In this document: positions 27,733 to 37,221 of the stretch, in pieces
Layout: each line of letters opens with the position of its first letter
Numbering within the stretch: position 1 is the first letter of the stretch
Virus record (IMG/VR): IMGVR_UViG_3300024239_000011
Coordinates: 310,001 to 374,000 of that record
Direction: 5' to 3' (one strand)
DNA: 64,000 nucleotides
Translations under genes and position numbers: made by a program
The notes under the pieces: generated by a model
The model's database searches: none
What the model saw: only the letters and a program-made list of their open reading frames with translations
Told to the model about the DNA's origin: nothing

Positions 27733-28628
27733 TAGAACTTTCCCACTATTTCTTTGATCTGGTCGATGGCTGACGCAAAGCGGGTTTTCTGCTTATAATG
27801 CGATGAATGATGCGGTAGATCGTACTCTGGTCGATCCAAGCGAAACCGCAATGCGCGTGTCATGTTATGCCAATATGGACGCTCGTTTTTGTACAACAGG
27901 TTCTCCACGGGCAAGCAAAGCCACAGATCGTTGTCATGCCCCGTACAGACGTATCCGACCGCATCAATCTCGCCCGGTCCCTTATAGAATTGATGAACCA
28001 CGTCAGGCTTAACGTCGTCGGAGGTAACAAAATGACATCCACCTACCTGTCCTATAACCGGGTATCCTGCCATTTCATCAAGCCATGGATATCCCTTGTA
28101 GTCGGCAAGAGAACTCACATCCGGTTTGGTAAACAGAGACTTGACCATATGCGGTCGCGGATCACCGCCCAGAACCCGATGGTACGTCTCAGCCTGGGCG
28201 AACCATGTCCCGGCGAACCCGCGTCGGTTTTCTTGCCCCAGAGTGTTGGCCCGGCTAATCATCCAATGAATATGGGCTTCGGTGGGGTTACGCCGTTCAT
28301 ATCGGAACGCAAAATCAGCGAGACTATCCCAGTCCTGTAGCCGTTCTTCTGCGCTCCGCTGAAGAACGATTTGTTCGGCATGCTTAATCGAATTGACCTT
28401 GTGCCATTCTGCACGCGGATCGCCAATCTCAAGTGTTACGACTTTGATATTGAGGCGGGGATCAGGGCTAAGATACCCCTTGGCAATAGACCATGGATTG
28501 ATGGGATCGGTCGGTGGTTCTATTTCAGGATAAATCAATTCCATTATCAACGCATGTACTTTACCCACACTTCCTTTTGTGGTCTGTATACCCAAAAATG
28601 GGTGTAGAAATTCTGATCGGTTGGTCAT
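27732..28628 (-). CDS. Truncated, divergent major-capsid (gp23-family)-like protein
   Basis: GIQTTKGSVGKVHAL (cf. GVQPMTGPTGxxFAL), ANTLGQENRRG, FYKGPGEIDAVGYVC. Ends AIDQIKEIVGKF. Confidence 0.6.
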   Translation of the reverse strand: MTNRSEFLHPFLGIQTTKGSVGKVHALIMELIYPEIEPPTDPINPWSIAKGYLSPDPRLNIKVVTLEIGDPRAEWHKVNSIKHAEQIVLQRSAEERLQDWDSLADFAFRYERRNPTEAHIHWMISRANTLGQENRRGFAGTWFAQAETYHRVLGGDPRPHMVKSLFTKPDVSSLADYKGYPWLDEMAGYPVIGQVGGCHFVTSDDVKPDVVHQFYKGPGEIDAVGYVCTGHDNDLWLCLPVENLLYKNERPYWHNMTRALRFRLDRPEYDLPHHSSHYKQKTRFASAIDQIKEIVGKF

Positions 28629-29350
28629 GATATCATCCCCTGGAACATGCTAATGTCTACAGCACAGGCATAGTTGCGCCAATCATCGCGAATGTATAAC
28701 GCGAGATCATCGTTTTTCCGAAATATATTGGTAACCAAAAATGCGGGAGCAATATGTTGACCGGTGCCGCGCCATAATACAATGCAACGATCAGGTGGTA
28801 TTCGTTCATCCAGATACCCGAAGAAATAAGAGCGGAAAAAATCGCCGCCATGCCCGCGTTCTTCGTTCCAGCAAACGTTCTCGATTTTCTCTCGCCAAAC
28901 CGGATTCAACATACGTGTATTGGCGCCTTGCCGATTTAGCCGTATTAGATAATTCGCAGCACGATTCCACGTTTTTTCGATGTGGTCGCTGGTCGTGTCA
29001 GGTTCGAGAACGTTTGTAAGCACTTTCTCAATAAAAATGCTTTCCGCTTCATCAATACTTGAAACTCGTACCCATTCGCCTTTCTGATCCCACCATGCTT
29101 TATCCATGATTGGAGCATAGTCACATGTCGTTTGACACCGCTCAACGACCCCATTCTGTTGCTTGTCCCATTCCATGGCGCGTTCGTAGGGCACGATCTT
29201 CAATACATGTACCGAACCAGTCTGAATACCGAACAGGTGGTGTTGTTGCTTAATTGTCCCTGATCGGTCTGCCACAAGATTGGAGATAGTCAAACTGTCT
29301 CGGAGGACATCAATCCATGCACGGAACCCATTGTCGTTTTCGGAAGTCAT
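28625..29350 (-). CDS. Third gp23-like paralog
   Basis: FGIQTGSVHVL, RAANYLIRLNRQGAN, DERIPP..VLWRG align with the two downstream paralogs. Confidence 0.5.
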   Translation of the reverse strand: MTSENDNGFRAWIDVLRDSLTISNLVADRSGTIKQQHHLFGIQTGSVHVLKIVPYERAMEWDKQQNGVVERCQTTCDYAPIMDKAWWDQKGEWVRVSSIDEAESIFIEKVLTNVLEPDTTSDHIEKTWNRAANYLIRLNRQGANTRMLNPVWREKIENVCWNEERGHGGDFFRSYFFGYLDERIPPDRCIVLWRGTGQHIAPAFLVTNIFRKNDDLALYIRDDWRNYACAVDISMFQGMIS

Positions 29351-29359
29351 GATTGATCC

Positions 29360-29405
29360 TATGTTAAACGGAAATCCCACAATGATAAATATTGAAGGGA
29401 AGTCC
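29360..29405 (+). promoter_or_regulatory. Late promoter flanked by two thyA-like 18-mers
   Basis: ATAAATA at 29385-29391. 29360-29377 and 29388-29405 each match thyA 30644-30661 at 15/18 positions. Confidence 0.6.
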
Positions 29406-29422
29406 AACGATTAGGTGAAGCA

Positions 29423-30364
29423 ATGTCTAGTGGTATATATCGTATTCGCAATGTAATCAATAATAAATCTTACTACGGTAGTTCGAAAGATATCGAAAAA
29501 AGATGGTGTCAGCATCAAAGTAATCTCAATTGCGAACGACATATCAACCCACATCTACAACGTGCTTGGAAAAAATACGGAGCAGACAATTTCGTGTTCG
29601 AGATAGTTGAACTCGTGGAGGTCGATTTATTACTTGATGTTGAGCAGCAATACTTGGATGAAAACGTAGGTGGGTATAACATCGCACCGGCTGGTGGTGG
29701 CGATACAACCTCTAAACATCCAGATCGTGAGGCGATTATTGCTAAGCGCGTTGAAAGTGTTATCAATCGAAATGCTAAGTTATGCCCCGAGGAATATGCA
29801 AGGATTTATTGTGGGAAAATTGGTGAAAAGAACGGGATGTATGGAAAAACACACACGGAAGATGTAATAAGAAAAATCAAAGAAAAACTTCACAGTTGGT
29901 ATTCAGAAAATGATGGATACCGTAAAGGTAAGACGTTCGAAGAAGTGCATGGTGCCGAGATTGCTGAACACTTAAAACGAAAATTAAGTGAGTTTGCGTC
30001 TACCAGAACCGGTGCCAAAAATCCATTCTACGGTAAACATCATTCGGACGAAGCCAAACAAAAAATACGAGAAAAACACCTTGGCAAACCGCTATCTCAA
30101 TCAGCTAAACTGGCTATTACCGGAGAAAATTCTGCAAAATTTCAAGGATACTACCACACCCCATGGGGTGTGTTTCCTTCCACCCCACAAGCACAAAAGG
30201 CTCACCCATATCTATTATCCAACACCATTAACACTTGGTGCAAGAAATGTGATGTGGTAATTTCAAGAACTGGAAGATCGCGATACCTTCAGGAAATCGG
30301 GGAAAGTGTCGTGGGAAAAACCTACCGCGAAATTGGGTTTTGGTTTGAAGAAAAGGGCGCGTGA
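29423..30364 (+). mobile_element. Free-standing GIY-YIG homing endonuclease with NUMOD3 repeats
   Basis: SGIYRIRN..SYYGSS..RWCQH; repeats KNGMYGKTHT and KNPFYGKHHS. Convergent on thyA. Confidence 0.9.
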
Positions 30365-30385
30365 TGTACGCGCCCTTTCTTTTTA
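30351..30385. terminator. Bidirectional terminator
   Basis: aaagggcgcgt-gatgt-acgcgcccttt. Confidence 0.75.
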
Positions 30386-31216
30386 TACCGAAATCGGCAT
30401 GTCAATTTTGGGGTAACATTGGTAATTTTCGAGTTTGAAATCTTCGTATTTGAAATCGAAGATGTTCTTGACCTCGGGATTAATCCACATACGCGGCAAC
30501 GGATATGGTTCTCGGGTTAATTGAAGGTCGATCTGCTCGATGTGGTTGGTGTAGATATGTGCATTCATAATCGAGTGTACAAATTCACCCGGTTCAAGGT
30601 CGCATACTTGCGCCACCATCATGGTCAATAATGCATAGCTGGCTATATTAAAGGGAATTCCGAGTCCTACGTCCCCTGAACGTTGAAACAGTTGGCATGA
30701 CAATCTACCATTAGTTACAGCAAACCCAAAAGTTGTATGGCACGGGGGGAGCGCCTGAAGCCCGACAGCAGCGTTCTCATGTGGTTTCTTCTTGGGATCG
30801 GGTAGCAGAGCCGGATTCCACCCAGACACAATCAGACGGCGGCTGTCGGGGTTGCTCTTGATCTCTTTGATCAGGTCCGCGATCTGGTCGATGGTCTGTC
30901 CACAATTTCCGGGCCAAGACCGCCACATCTTGCCATAGACGGGACCAAGGTCACCCTCGGGTGTTGCCCATTCGTTCCATATATTAACGCCGTTGTCGGT
31001 CAGGTATTTGATGTTCGTGTCGCCCGCCAGGAACCACAGCAGTTCATGGATGATCCCCTTGGTGAAGACCTTTTTGGTTGTCACCAGCGGGAAACCCTCG
31101 GACAGATCAAAGCGCATCTGGTACCCGAACACCGAATAGGTACCGGTACCGGTGCGGTCCTGCTTGTACACGCCGTTTTCACGGATGTGTTTCAAAAGTT
31201 GAAGATACTGTTTCAT
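30383..31216 (-). CDS. thyA: Thymidylate synthase
   Basis: [37 protein letters not shown]. Confidence 0.97.
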   Translation of the reverse strand: MKQYLQLLKHIRENGVYKQDRTGTGTYSVFGYQMRFDLSEGFPLVTTKKVFTKGIIHELLWFLAGDTNIKYLTDNGVNIWNEWATPEGDLGPVYGKMWRSWPGNCGQTIDQIADLIKEIKSNPDSRRLIVSGWNPALLPDPKKKPHENAAVGLQALPPCHTTFGFAVTNGRLSCQLFQRSGDVGLGIPFNIASYALLTMMVAQVCDLEPGEFVHSIMNAHIYTNHIEQIDLQLTREPYPLPRMWINPEVKNIFDFKYEDFKLENYQCYPKIDMPISV

Positions 31217-31458
31217 TATAGCATATCCTCGATAATCTGCGATAACACGGTTTCATAATCCATTGCTGGCTGTCCAACCAACGCAAGTTGACGATTCAAC
31301 TCATCGAGGTTACGCCCAACCAATGACGCAAGAAAACGTGCGTAAAGATCACGTTCGTCGTCGGTGAATTTGGTGGGGTTGTCACGGCAATCTTTGATAA
31401 ACATTCTAACAAGAACGCGCATCATATCAGCACGGGTATGCACTACATTAGTCGTCAT
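31216..31458 (-). CDS. Hypothetical protein
   Basis: Fills the dhfr-thyA gap, coupled to thyA. Confidence 0.5.
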   Translation of the reverse strand: MTTNVVHTRADMMRVLVRMFIKDCRDNPTKFTDDERDLYARFLASLVGRNLDELNRQLALVGQPAMDYETVLSQIIEDML

Positions 31459-31462
31459 ATTT

Positions 31463-31948
31463 TCACACTCGCACCATTTTGTTGAATACAAATGCCGGGT
31501 GGGTGTCGGTGGCTTGGTAATAGCCAGCATCGACGGTGCGCCATACGGCTTTGTCTATTTCAGGGAAGAACGCATCTGCATCGGGAACGTCTACTTCGAC
31601 TTGTGTGACGTAGAGTTTGTTCGCACGATGTATGGACTGTGCGTAAATCTGGGCACCACCAATGACCATAATCTCGTCGCTGGTAGCCGCCTCAAACGCA
31701 GAGTCAAGGGACCGGACGACGGTTGCACCGGGGATCGCCAATTCTGGATTGGTAGAAACCACGATGTTGTGCCTATTGGGAAGAACTCGCCCGATTGATT
31801 CGAACGTCTTCCGACCCATGATGATCGACTTGTTCTGGGTGACTTGCTTGAAGTACCGAAGATCGGTGGGGATATGCCAAAGAAGCTTGTTATCCTTGCC
31901 GATTGCCATGTTGCGAGACACCGCAACTATCAGAGATACCGTTCCCAC
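31463..31948 (-). CDS. folA: Dihydrofolate reductase
   Basis: AIGKDNKLLWHIPTDL..IMGRKTFESI..LPNR..VIGGAQIY..DAFFP. Confidence 0.96.
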   Translation of the reverse strand: MGTVSLIVAVSRNMAIGKDNKLLWHIPTDLRYFKQVTQNKSIIMGRKTFESIGRVLPNRHNIVVSTNPELAIPGATVVRSLDSAFEAATSDEIMVIGGAQIYAQSIHRANKLYVTQVEVDVPDADAFFPEIDKAVWRTVDAGYYQATDTHPAFVFNKMVRV

Positions 31949-32225
31949 TTACCACGTCCCTATGCAGATTTTTCAACGTCCTAACAAGTATCTTTTCAAT
32001 CAATGTGTAATCCAGATCGGCAGTGATCCCGACCAACATTTCTGCGTTGTCCACCCCCGGCTCTTCTAACAACTCCAAGAAACCCGAGAGGTTATGATTT
32101 ACGACCTTACCTGATTCGTAAGTGATCTGTACATTTTTAACGAAACGTGGATTTACTTTTGCAAAATCGATAACAATCCCAGTAAACGCATAGTCTAAAT
32201 GTGATGGGGGCTTCATGATAACCAC
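31890..32225 (-). CDS. Hypothetical protein
   Basis: ORF upstream of dhfr. Confidence 0.5.
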   Translation of the reverse strand: MVIMKPPSHLDYAFTGIVIDFAKVNPRFVKNVQITYESGKVVNHNLSGFLELLEEPGVDNAEMLVGITADLDYTLIEKILVRTLKNLHRDVVSGNGISDSCGVSQHGNRQG

Positions 32226-32300
32226 TCATAAAATACACACATAATAATTGGGAATATACCAGTAAATATTACCGGTCGCATTCCAATCAGTAGGTCTAAT

Positions 32301-33242
32301 ATGGCTAAACTAACGAGAGAAGAATTCATTGATCGTAGCATTGCAATTCATGGCGACAAATATGATTATTCACTGTGTGAATATCATAACTGTGATACCC
32401 CTGTCATTATTTTGTGCAGGGAGCATGGTACGTTTTCACAAACTCCATACCTTCATATGAAAGGGAGGGGCTGCCGCAAATGTGGTTATTTGAAAGTATC
32501 CAAATTTACATCAGAGAATAATAAGAAGAGGATAGTTCCGATTGAGCAAATTAGACTGCGACTTGCTGAAAAATACCCGTTATATAATTACGATAAAGCT
32601 GAACTATTCGGGAATACGCTTCAAGATATTTGGTGCCCAAAACACGGTTATTTTGAATTAAACTATCGATTACATGCTCATACCAATCGCCAATCAAAAT
32701 GCCCGAAATGCGCCCTCGAAATCAGAACTGGTAAACTCCGTCATACCCTTGATGATTTTATTCGCAAATCACAAGATGTGCATGGTAACAAGTATAATTA
32801 TTCAGCATCAACATATCTGGGGGATAGTTATAAAATTGAGATTGAATGCCCAGAACATGGTGTGTTTGCTCAAAAAGCAAATAACCATTTAAACGGGCAT
32901 GGGTGTCCAAAATGCGCCAACCGCTGGAAAATGCAAGATTTGTGGCTTGACCATCTTGGTCTTCCGCGATCATCCACACACCGACAAATACATCTTACAA
33001 TCGGTGATTATAAATTCATAGCAGATGGGTTTGATCCGGTTCAAAACACCGTCTATGAATTTTGGGGTGATTATTGGCACGGCAATCCAAGAAAATATAA
33101 TGCAGCAGCGACAAATCACTTCGGTAAAACCTTTGGAGATTTGTACACTGCTACATTAGAAAAACGCCGTGTCATCTTGACCAAATTTCAGTTGATTGAA
33201 ATTTGGGAGGATGAATACTTACTTCAACAACCCACGCTCTGA
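32301..33242 (+). mobile_element. Putative homing endonuclease (DUF723-like zinc repeats plus C-terminal nuclease)
   Basis: Repeats HGxKYxYS..CxxHGxF..GCxxC; C-terminal ADGF..YEFWGDYWHG. Opposite strand to its neighbours. Confidence 0.8.
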
Positions 33243-33488
33243 CATCATATCAAGATGTTCGTATGCTGCCAGTAAAATTGCAGAAGATTTTGTAATAATC
33301 TCTGCAAATTCGTCAGCATCTAATGGAACCGCATGATTGGCGTTTGATGCCAGTTGAAAAAGGTATTTCCCAACAATAGCACACCAATCATTTGGGGTAT
33401 TTGTGCGGTCCCACTCGCTCCCAAAACGATCAAGCTGATGCTCACGCTCAAGCAAAACCCGATCCAAGAATTCAGTTCGCTTGCTCAT
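33219..33488 (-). CDS. MazG-like small helical protein
   Basis: ERxxQ..WD..NTPNDW..AILLAA pattern. Confidence 0.45.
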   Translation of the reverse strand: MSKRTEFLDRVLLEREHQLDRFGSEWDRTNTPNDWCAIVGKYLFQLASNANHAVPLDADEFAEIITKSSAILLAAYEHLDMMSERGLLK

Positions 33489-33498
33489 GGTTTGACCT

Positions 33499-34287
33499 TT
33501 ACGCAGCAGCCTGCTTACGAGCAGGTTTCTTTGCAACGGTCTTCTTAGCCGTAGTGGGCTTCCGCGCTGGTTTTGTCACCGTAGCAGTATCCGAACTAAC
33601 CGACTGAGCAGCAGGGGCGGATACCGGGGCAGCAACCTGGGCAACAACTTCACGCGGACGAAGGCTAGGGGCGATCTTGTACGCCTGCTCGCGCTTACGA
33701 GCAGCTTCACCTTCGAGCATTTCGGCTTCAAGGATGATGTTGTGTGCAATCGCAATGTTCTCTTCAACACGACCGGCCACGGTGTTGTGGGCATGGGGGT
33801 TGAAGGTGTCAATAACCGCATTGCTCATCGGCTCCGGGGCTTCCATCGGCGGGCGGATGCTCTGGTTTGACTGTGCCTGAACGAGGTTCTGTTCATGCTG
33901 AGCAGCTTCCATCATCTGTTGGATGGTAGGCTGTGCTGAAGACCGACCCAAGGCAACTGCCAGCGGGATCGGCATATTCGGACGTGGGAACAGGGTGACG
34001 TTCTCAATCGGCTGTGCCTGAAGCGCACTAATGGCGAACAGGGTATTCATCAGGTCTACACCGGTATCGGTGAATACACGACGCTGAAGTACATTCGCGA
34101 GAACGTTGGTAGTCTGCCCTTCCTTCTGAACTACGTCCATCAGGGCGTCATGCAAACGGGGCGGAAGGGCATCGGTATCAACCACCAAAGCCATATTCGG
34201 GTTATGGGGATTGGTCGGGTAGACAACCACGCAGCGCCGATCAGTGTTATTCAGCTTACCAACGTGGTGGACAATATCGTTACTCAT
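33499..34287 (-). CDS. Conserved-looking jumbo-phage hypothetical protein with basic tail
   Basis: Strong coding bias; HVGKL..CVVV..LVVDTDALP; K/A-rich C-terminus. Confidence 0.7.
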   Translation of the reverse strand: MSNDIVHHVGKLNNTDRRCVVVYPTNPHNPNMALVVDTDALPPRLHDALMDVVQKEGQTTNVLANVLQRRVFTDTGVDLMNTLFAISALQAQPIENVTLFPRPNMPIPLAVALGRSSAQPTIQQMMEAAQHEQNLVQAQSNQSIRPPMEAPEPMSNAVIDTFNPHAHNTVAGRVEENIAIAHNIILEAEMLEGEAARKREQAYKIAPSLRPREVVAQVAAPVSAPAAQSVSSDTATVTKPARKPTTAKKTVAKKPARKQAAA

Positions 34288-34576
34288 GTTCGTTCCTCTC
34301 AAATACCTTGGTGTTATCTACTGCGAGAGTTAATATACGCTGTGCAACTTCAAGTTCATCCGGTTCGACTAACGCAAGATCAGTAACGTGGGGGCATATT
34401 GCCCCCACGTTTTCGATAACATCAACAGATGCGTTGATCAAATAAAGGGGACCACCCTCTACATCGTGCTTACCCAGCACCGTGCAGAAGCCCCGAACCG
34501 AACGACCCTCGGCGTCAATGTAATTAACCAACGCTTTATCACCGGGAGAGAAGTGGGGGTCGTATATGGCGTTCAT
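34280..34576 (-). CDS. Hypothetical protein
   Basis: ORF tiling. Confidence 0.55.
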   Translation of the reverse strand: MNAIYDPHFSPGDKALVNYIDAEGRSVRGFCTVLGKHDVEGGPLYLINASVDVIENVGAICPHVTDLALVEPDELEVAQRILTLAVDNTKVFERNEHE

Positions 34577-34585
34577 GGGACGCCT

Positions 34586-34885
34586 TTACTTCTTTGCCGA
34601 CTTCTTGGCAGGAGCCTTCTTCTTCGGCTCTTCGGCTGCTGCGGGAACTTCATCAGTACCAGCCGCAACCGCTTCGCCCTCAACCTGCGTATCATAATGT
34701 GCGACAAAAGCCCGCAGACGGTCATAAACATAACCAATACTGGACAGTTCAGCCGCCTTCACAGTGGAGCGTTCCGTAAGAAACTCGATCACCTTGATTG
34801 CGTTCTTGATATCGACAAGTTTCAAATCAGGTCCAGCAGCCTGCTCGACGGGGTTTTCACCTTCAACAACAGTAGTCTCAGTCAT
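34586..34885 (-). CDS. Hypothetical protein
   Basis: GAGGG RBS; CTAAATA upstream on the minus strand. Confidence 0.65.
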   Translation of the reverse strand: MTETTVVEGENPVEQAAGPDLKLVDIKNAIKVIEFLTERSTVKAAELSSIGYVYDRLRAFVAHYDTQVEGEAVAAGTDEVPAAAEEPKKKAPAKKSAKK

Positions 34886-35010
34886 CTGTTTTCCCTCAAA
34901 AAATCACAGATCGTGATTGAAATTATGAGCGCATTTTATCCGCGCTATCCAATGCTCCGCAATATTTTTGTTCACGGTGCATTCCCGGTATGTTCCTATT
35001 TAGGAAAAAT

Positions 35011-35041
35011 AAAAACCGGCTATTTGAAATAGCCGGTTTTT
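35011..35041. terminator. Intrinsic terminator
   Basis: aaaaaccggctatt-tga-aatagccggttttt. Confidence 0.8.
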
Positions 35042-35054
35042 AACGGTCTGGTGA

Positions 35055-35630
35055 TCATATTATACGCTGAAACTCGCGACGAGCTTCTTCATATCGGGGT
35101 ATGATCAAGCTCGGTTCCCAACCCAGGTATTCGTTCCACGAGGGGTGAAACGAAATGATGGGCAGTTTCTTCCGCTTGTTAACCATTTCCCAATAGTCCG
35201 GACGGCGCGGCTTGGAACGTGGTAGGCGATCAAGAAAGTGTGCCTTATCGCGATTGCATTCCATACAACACGCCACGACGTTCGACCAATTGGTTTTGCC
35301 GCCGTGGTATCGGGGCTTAACGTGGTCGAGGGTCAGTTCATCCTTTGGAAATTTCTTCCGACAATACTGGCACGTAAACTCGTCACGCAGATACACATTG
35401 TACCTGCTGAACTTCACATGTAGTTCTGGCTTAATAAATTTGCGCAGCATCACGACCGCCGGTACGGTAATCGTCATCCGGGGTGAGTGAACCTGCCAAT
35501 CGTCATAGAACGCCAAAGCATCAGCCCGTTCTTCGAAAACGGAAATAATAGCTTCTTTCCATGTCGTTACCGACAGGGGCATGATCTTTAGAGGGCTGGC
35601 ATCAGCGTTAAGAACGAGGCAGGCACACAT
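35055..35630 (-). CDS. HNH endonuclease (McrA-like)
   Basis: LVLNAD..NVYLRDEFTCQYC..LTLDHVKPRYHGG..WSNVVACCMECNRDK. Confidence 0.9.
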   Translation of the reverse strand: MCACLVLNADASPLKIMPLSVTTWKEAIISVFEERADALAFYDDWQVHSPRMTITVPAVVMLRKFIKPELHVKFSRYNVYLRDEFTCQYCRKKFPKDELTLDHVKPRYHGGKTNWSNVVACCMECNRDKAHFLDRLPRSKPRRPDYWEMVNKRKKLPIISFHPSWNEYLGWEPSLIIPRYEEARREFQRII

Positions 35631-35800
35631 TTACTAAACCTTTACAAAAGCATTTCCATGAGGTTTGAGGTTTGAGGTTGTCGTGGATAACAAGATACTT
35701 TGTCATAATCACCCGCGCAATGACAAGAAAATTTAATAGCCGTTTCATCAGATGACACATTCCGTCACACCTAGGGGGTGATTTGTCACCAATGTATTTC

Positions 35801-35829
35801 TTGACCTTGTACTCTAAATACGGTACGTT
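35801..35829 (+). promoter_or_regulatory. Overlapping sigma70-type and late promoters of the diguanylate cyclase
   Basis: TTGACC-17-TACGTT with CTAAATA (35814-35820) inside the spacer. Confidence 0.5.
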
Positions 35830-35849
35830 GCACAATAATTTTTACCCTG

Positions 35850-37175
35850 GTGTGTAATGTGAATACGCCCGAACTTCTAGCCAAAGCACTTGAATCGCTA
35901 CAGGATGGTGTGATCGTCACCGACGCTTCGCAAACCATAGTGTTCGTCAACGATTCGGTGTTGGCACAGACTGGGTACACCAGGGAGGAAGTGGTTGGAC
36001 AAACCCCCAAACTCTTCCAGTGTCATCAAACAACGGATACCTTTAAAAATTCAATACGCGCTACCCTTGCGCGTGGCGATTCCTTTATTGGGACGACGGT
36101 GAACCGTCGTAAAGACGGTACCACGTATCATGTTGAATTATATGTTGCTCCGATCCACGGGGAGGGTGGGATAACTCATTACGTTGGTACTCAACGCGAT
36201 ATTATCCGCCGAGGCGGAAGACATTTTGAATCATTTTTTGATGTATCCACCCACCTTCTAATTATCCTTGATGTGGATGGTACTCGTATCCGCATAAACA
36301 CCATTAATGCATTGGCAGAGAAATACCTTAATCCAGAATGGTGTACCTGCCGTGGTTTGGATATTTCGTTTCAATGCGCTGGGTTGGAGGAATTCGTCAT
36401 CCATGCCAAATTATGCACGGAGACGTGTGAGGTAACTCGCTTTGAGCAGGTTATCAATACCAATCAGGGTGAGCGCGTTGTTGAGTTCACGTTAGTCCCG
36501 GTAGTTGATGGTAATGGTGTATGTGTCGGTTTGAATTGCGTTGGTGAGGATATCACCAGCGAAAAAGAGGCTTTGGAACATATTCATTTCTTGGCCTACC
36601 ATGACAGCCTTACCGAACTTCCAAACCGCGTCCTCATGACGCAACGCATGAATGCTGAGATTGAACGTTCTCGGCGTTTTGGGCACCCGTTTGCGTTGCT
36701 GTTTCTTGATCTTGATAATTTCAAACAGGTCAACGACACGATGGGTCATGGGGTTGGTGATAAACTTCTCAAAAAGGTTGCGAAGCGTCTTTCTAGTGCT
36801 GTACGCAAGAATGATCTGGTGGCACGATTAGGTGGTGATGAATTCGCTGTCATCATGACAACGGACGGAGATGCTTTAGCTGATGCGGAAACGTTGGCGA
36901 CCCGAATCATTGCCGCATTATCACTACCGTTCGAGGTTGATGAACACCGGATCGATAATATCGGCGTGAGTGTTGGGGTTGCACTATTCCCCAATCATGC
37001 AACTTCGAGAGACGAGTTATTTCGCAACGCCGACATAGCGATGTATCACGCTAAACGCACACACGGAAATTGTCATACCGTTTTTGTAGATGTATTTGGT
37101 GGGTGTAAAAAAGATTGCGAACACTGTGATCTAAAAGTTCGATGCTTCGGAGATAGCTTCGTTCTCACCCCGTAA
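35850..37175 (+). CDS. PAS-PAS-GGDEF diguanylate cyclase
   Basis: PAS motifs (TGYTREEVVGQTP, NRRKDG); HDSLTELPNR, DLDNFKQVNDTMGH, RKND I-site, RLGGDEF. Confidence 0.95.
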   Translation: MCNVNTPELLAKALESLQDGVIVTDASQTIVFVNDSVLAQTGYTREEVVGQTPKLFQCHQTTDTFKNSIRATLARGDSFIGTTVNRRKDGTTYHVELYVAPIHGEGGITHYVGTQRDIIRRGGRHFESFFDVSTHLLIILDVDGTRIRINTINALAEKYLNPEWCTCRGLDISFQCAGLEEFVIHAKLCTETCEVTRFEQVINTNQGERVVEFTLVPVVDGNGVCVGLNCVGEDITSEKEALEHIHFLAYHDSLTELPNRVLMTQRMNAEIERSRRFGHPFALLFLDLDNFKQVNDTMGHGVGDKLLKKVAKRLSSAVRKNDLVARLGGDEFAVIMTTDGDALADAETLATRIIAALSLPFEVDEHRIDNIGVSVGVALFPNHATSRDELFRNADIAMYHAKRTHGNCHTVFVDVFGGCKKDCEHCDLKVRCFGDSFVLTP

Positions 37176-37221
37176 AAGCGGTGATATGGAAACTGGTGGG
37201 AGTTACCTCCCACCAGCAACT

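Noticed and set aside
35660-35680. Short tandem repeat (gaggttt x3)
   Set aside because: Too short to support any function.
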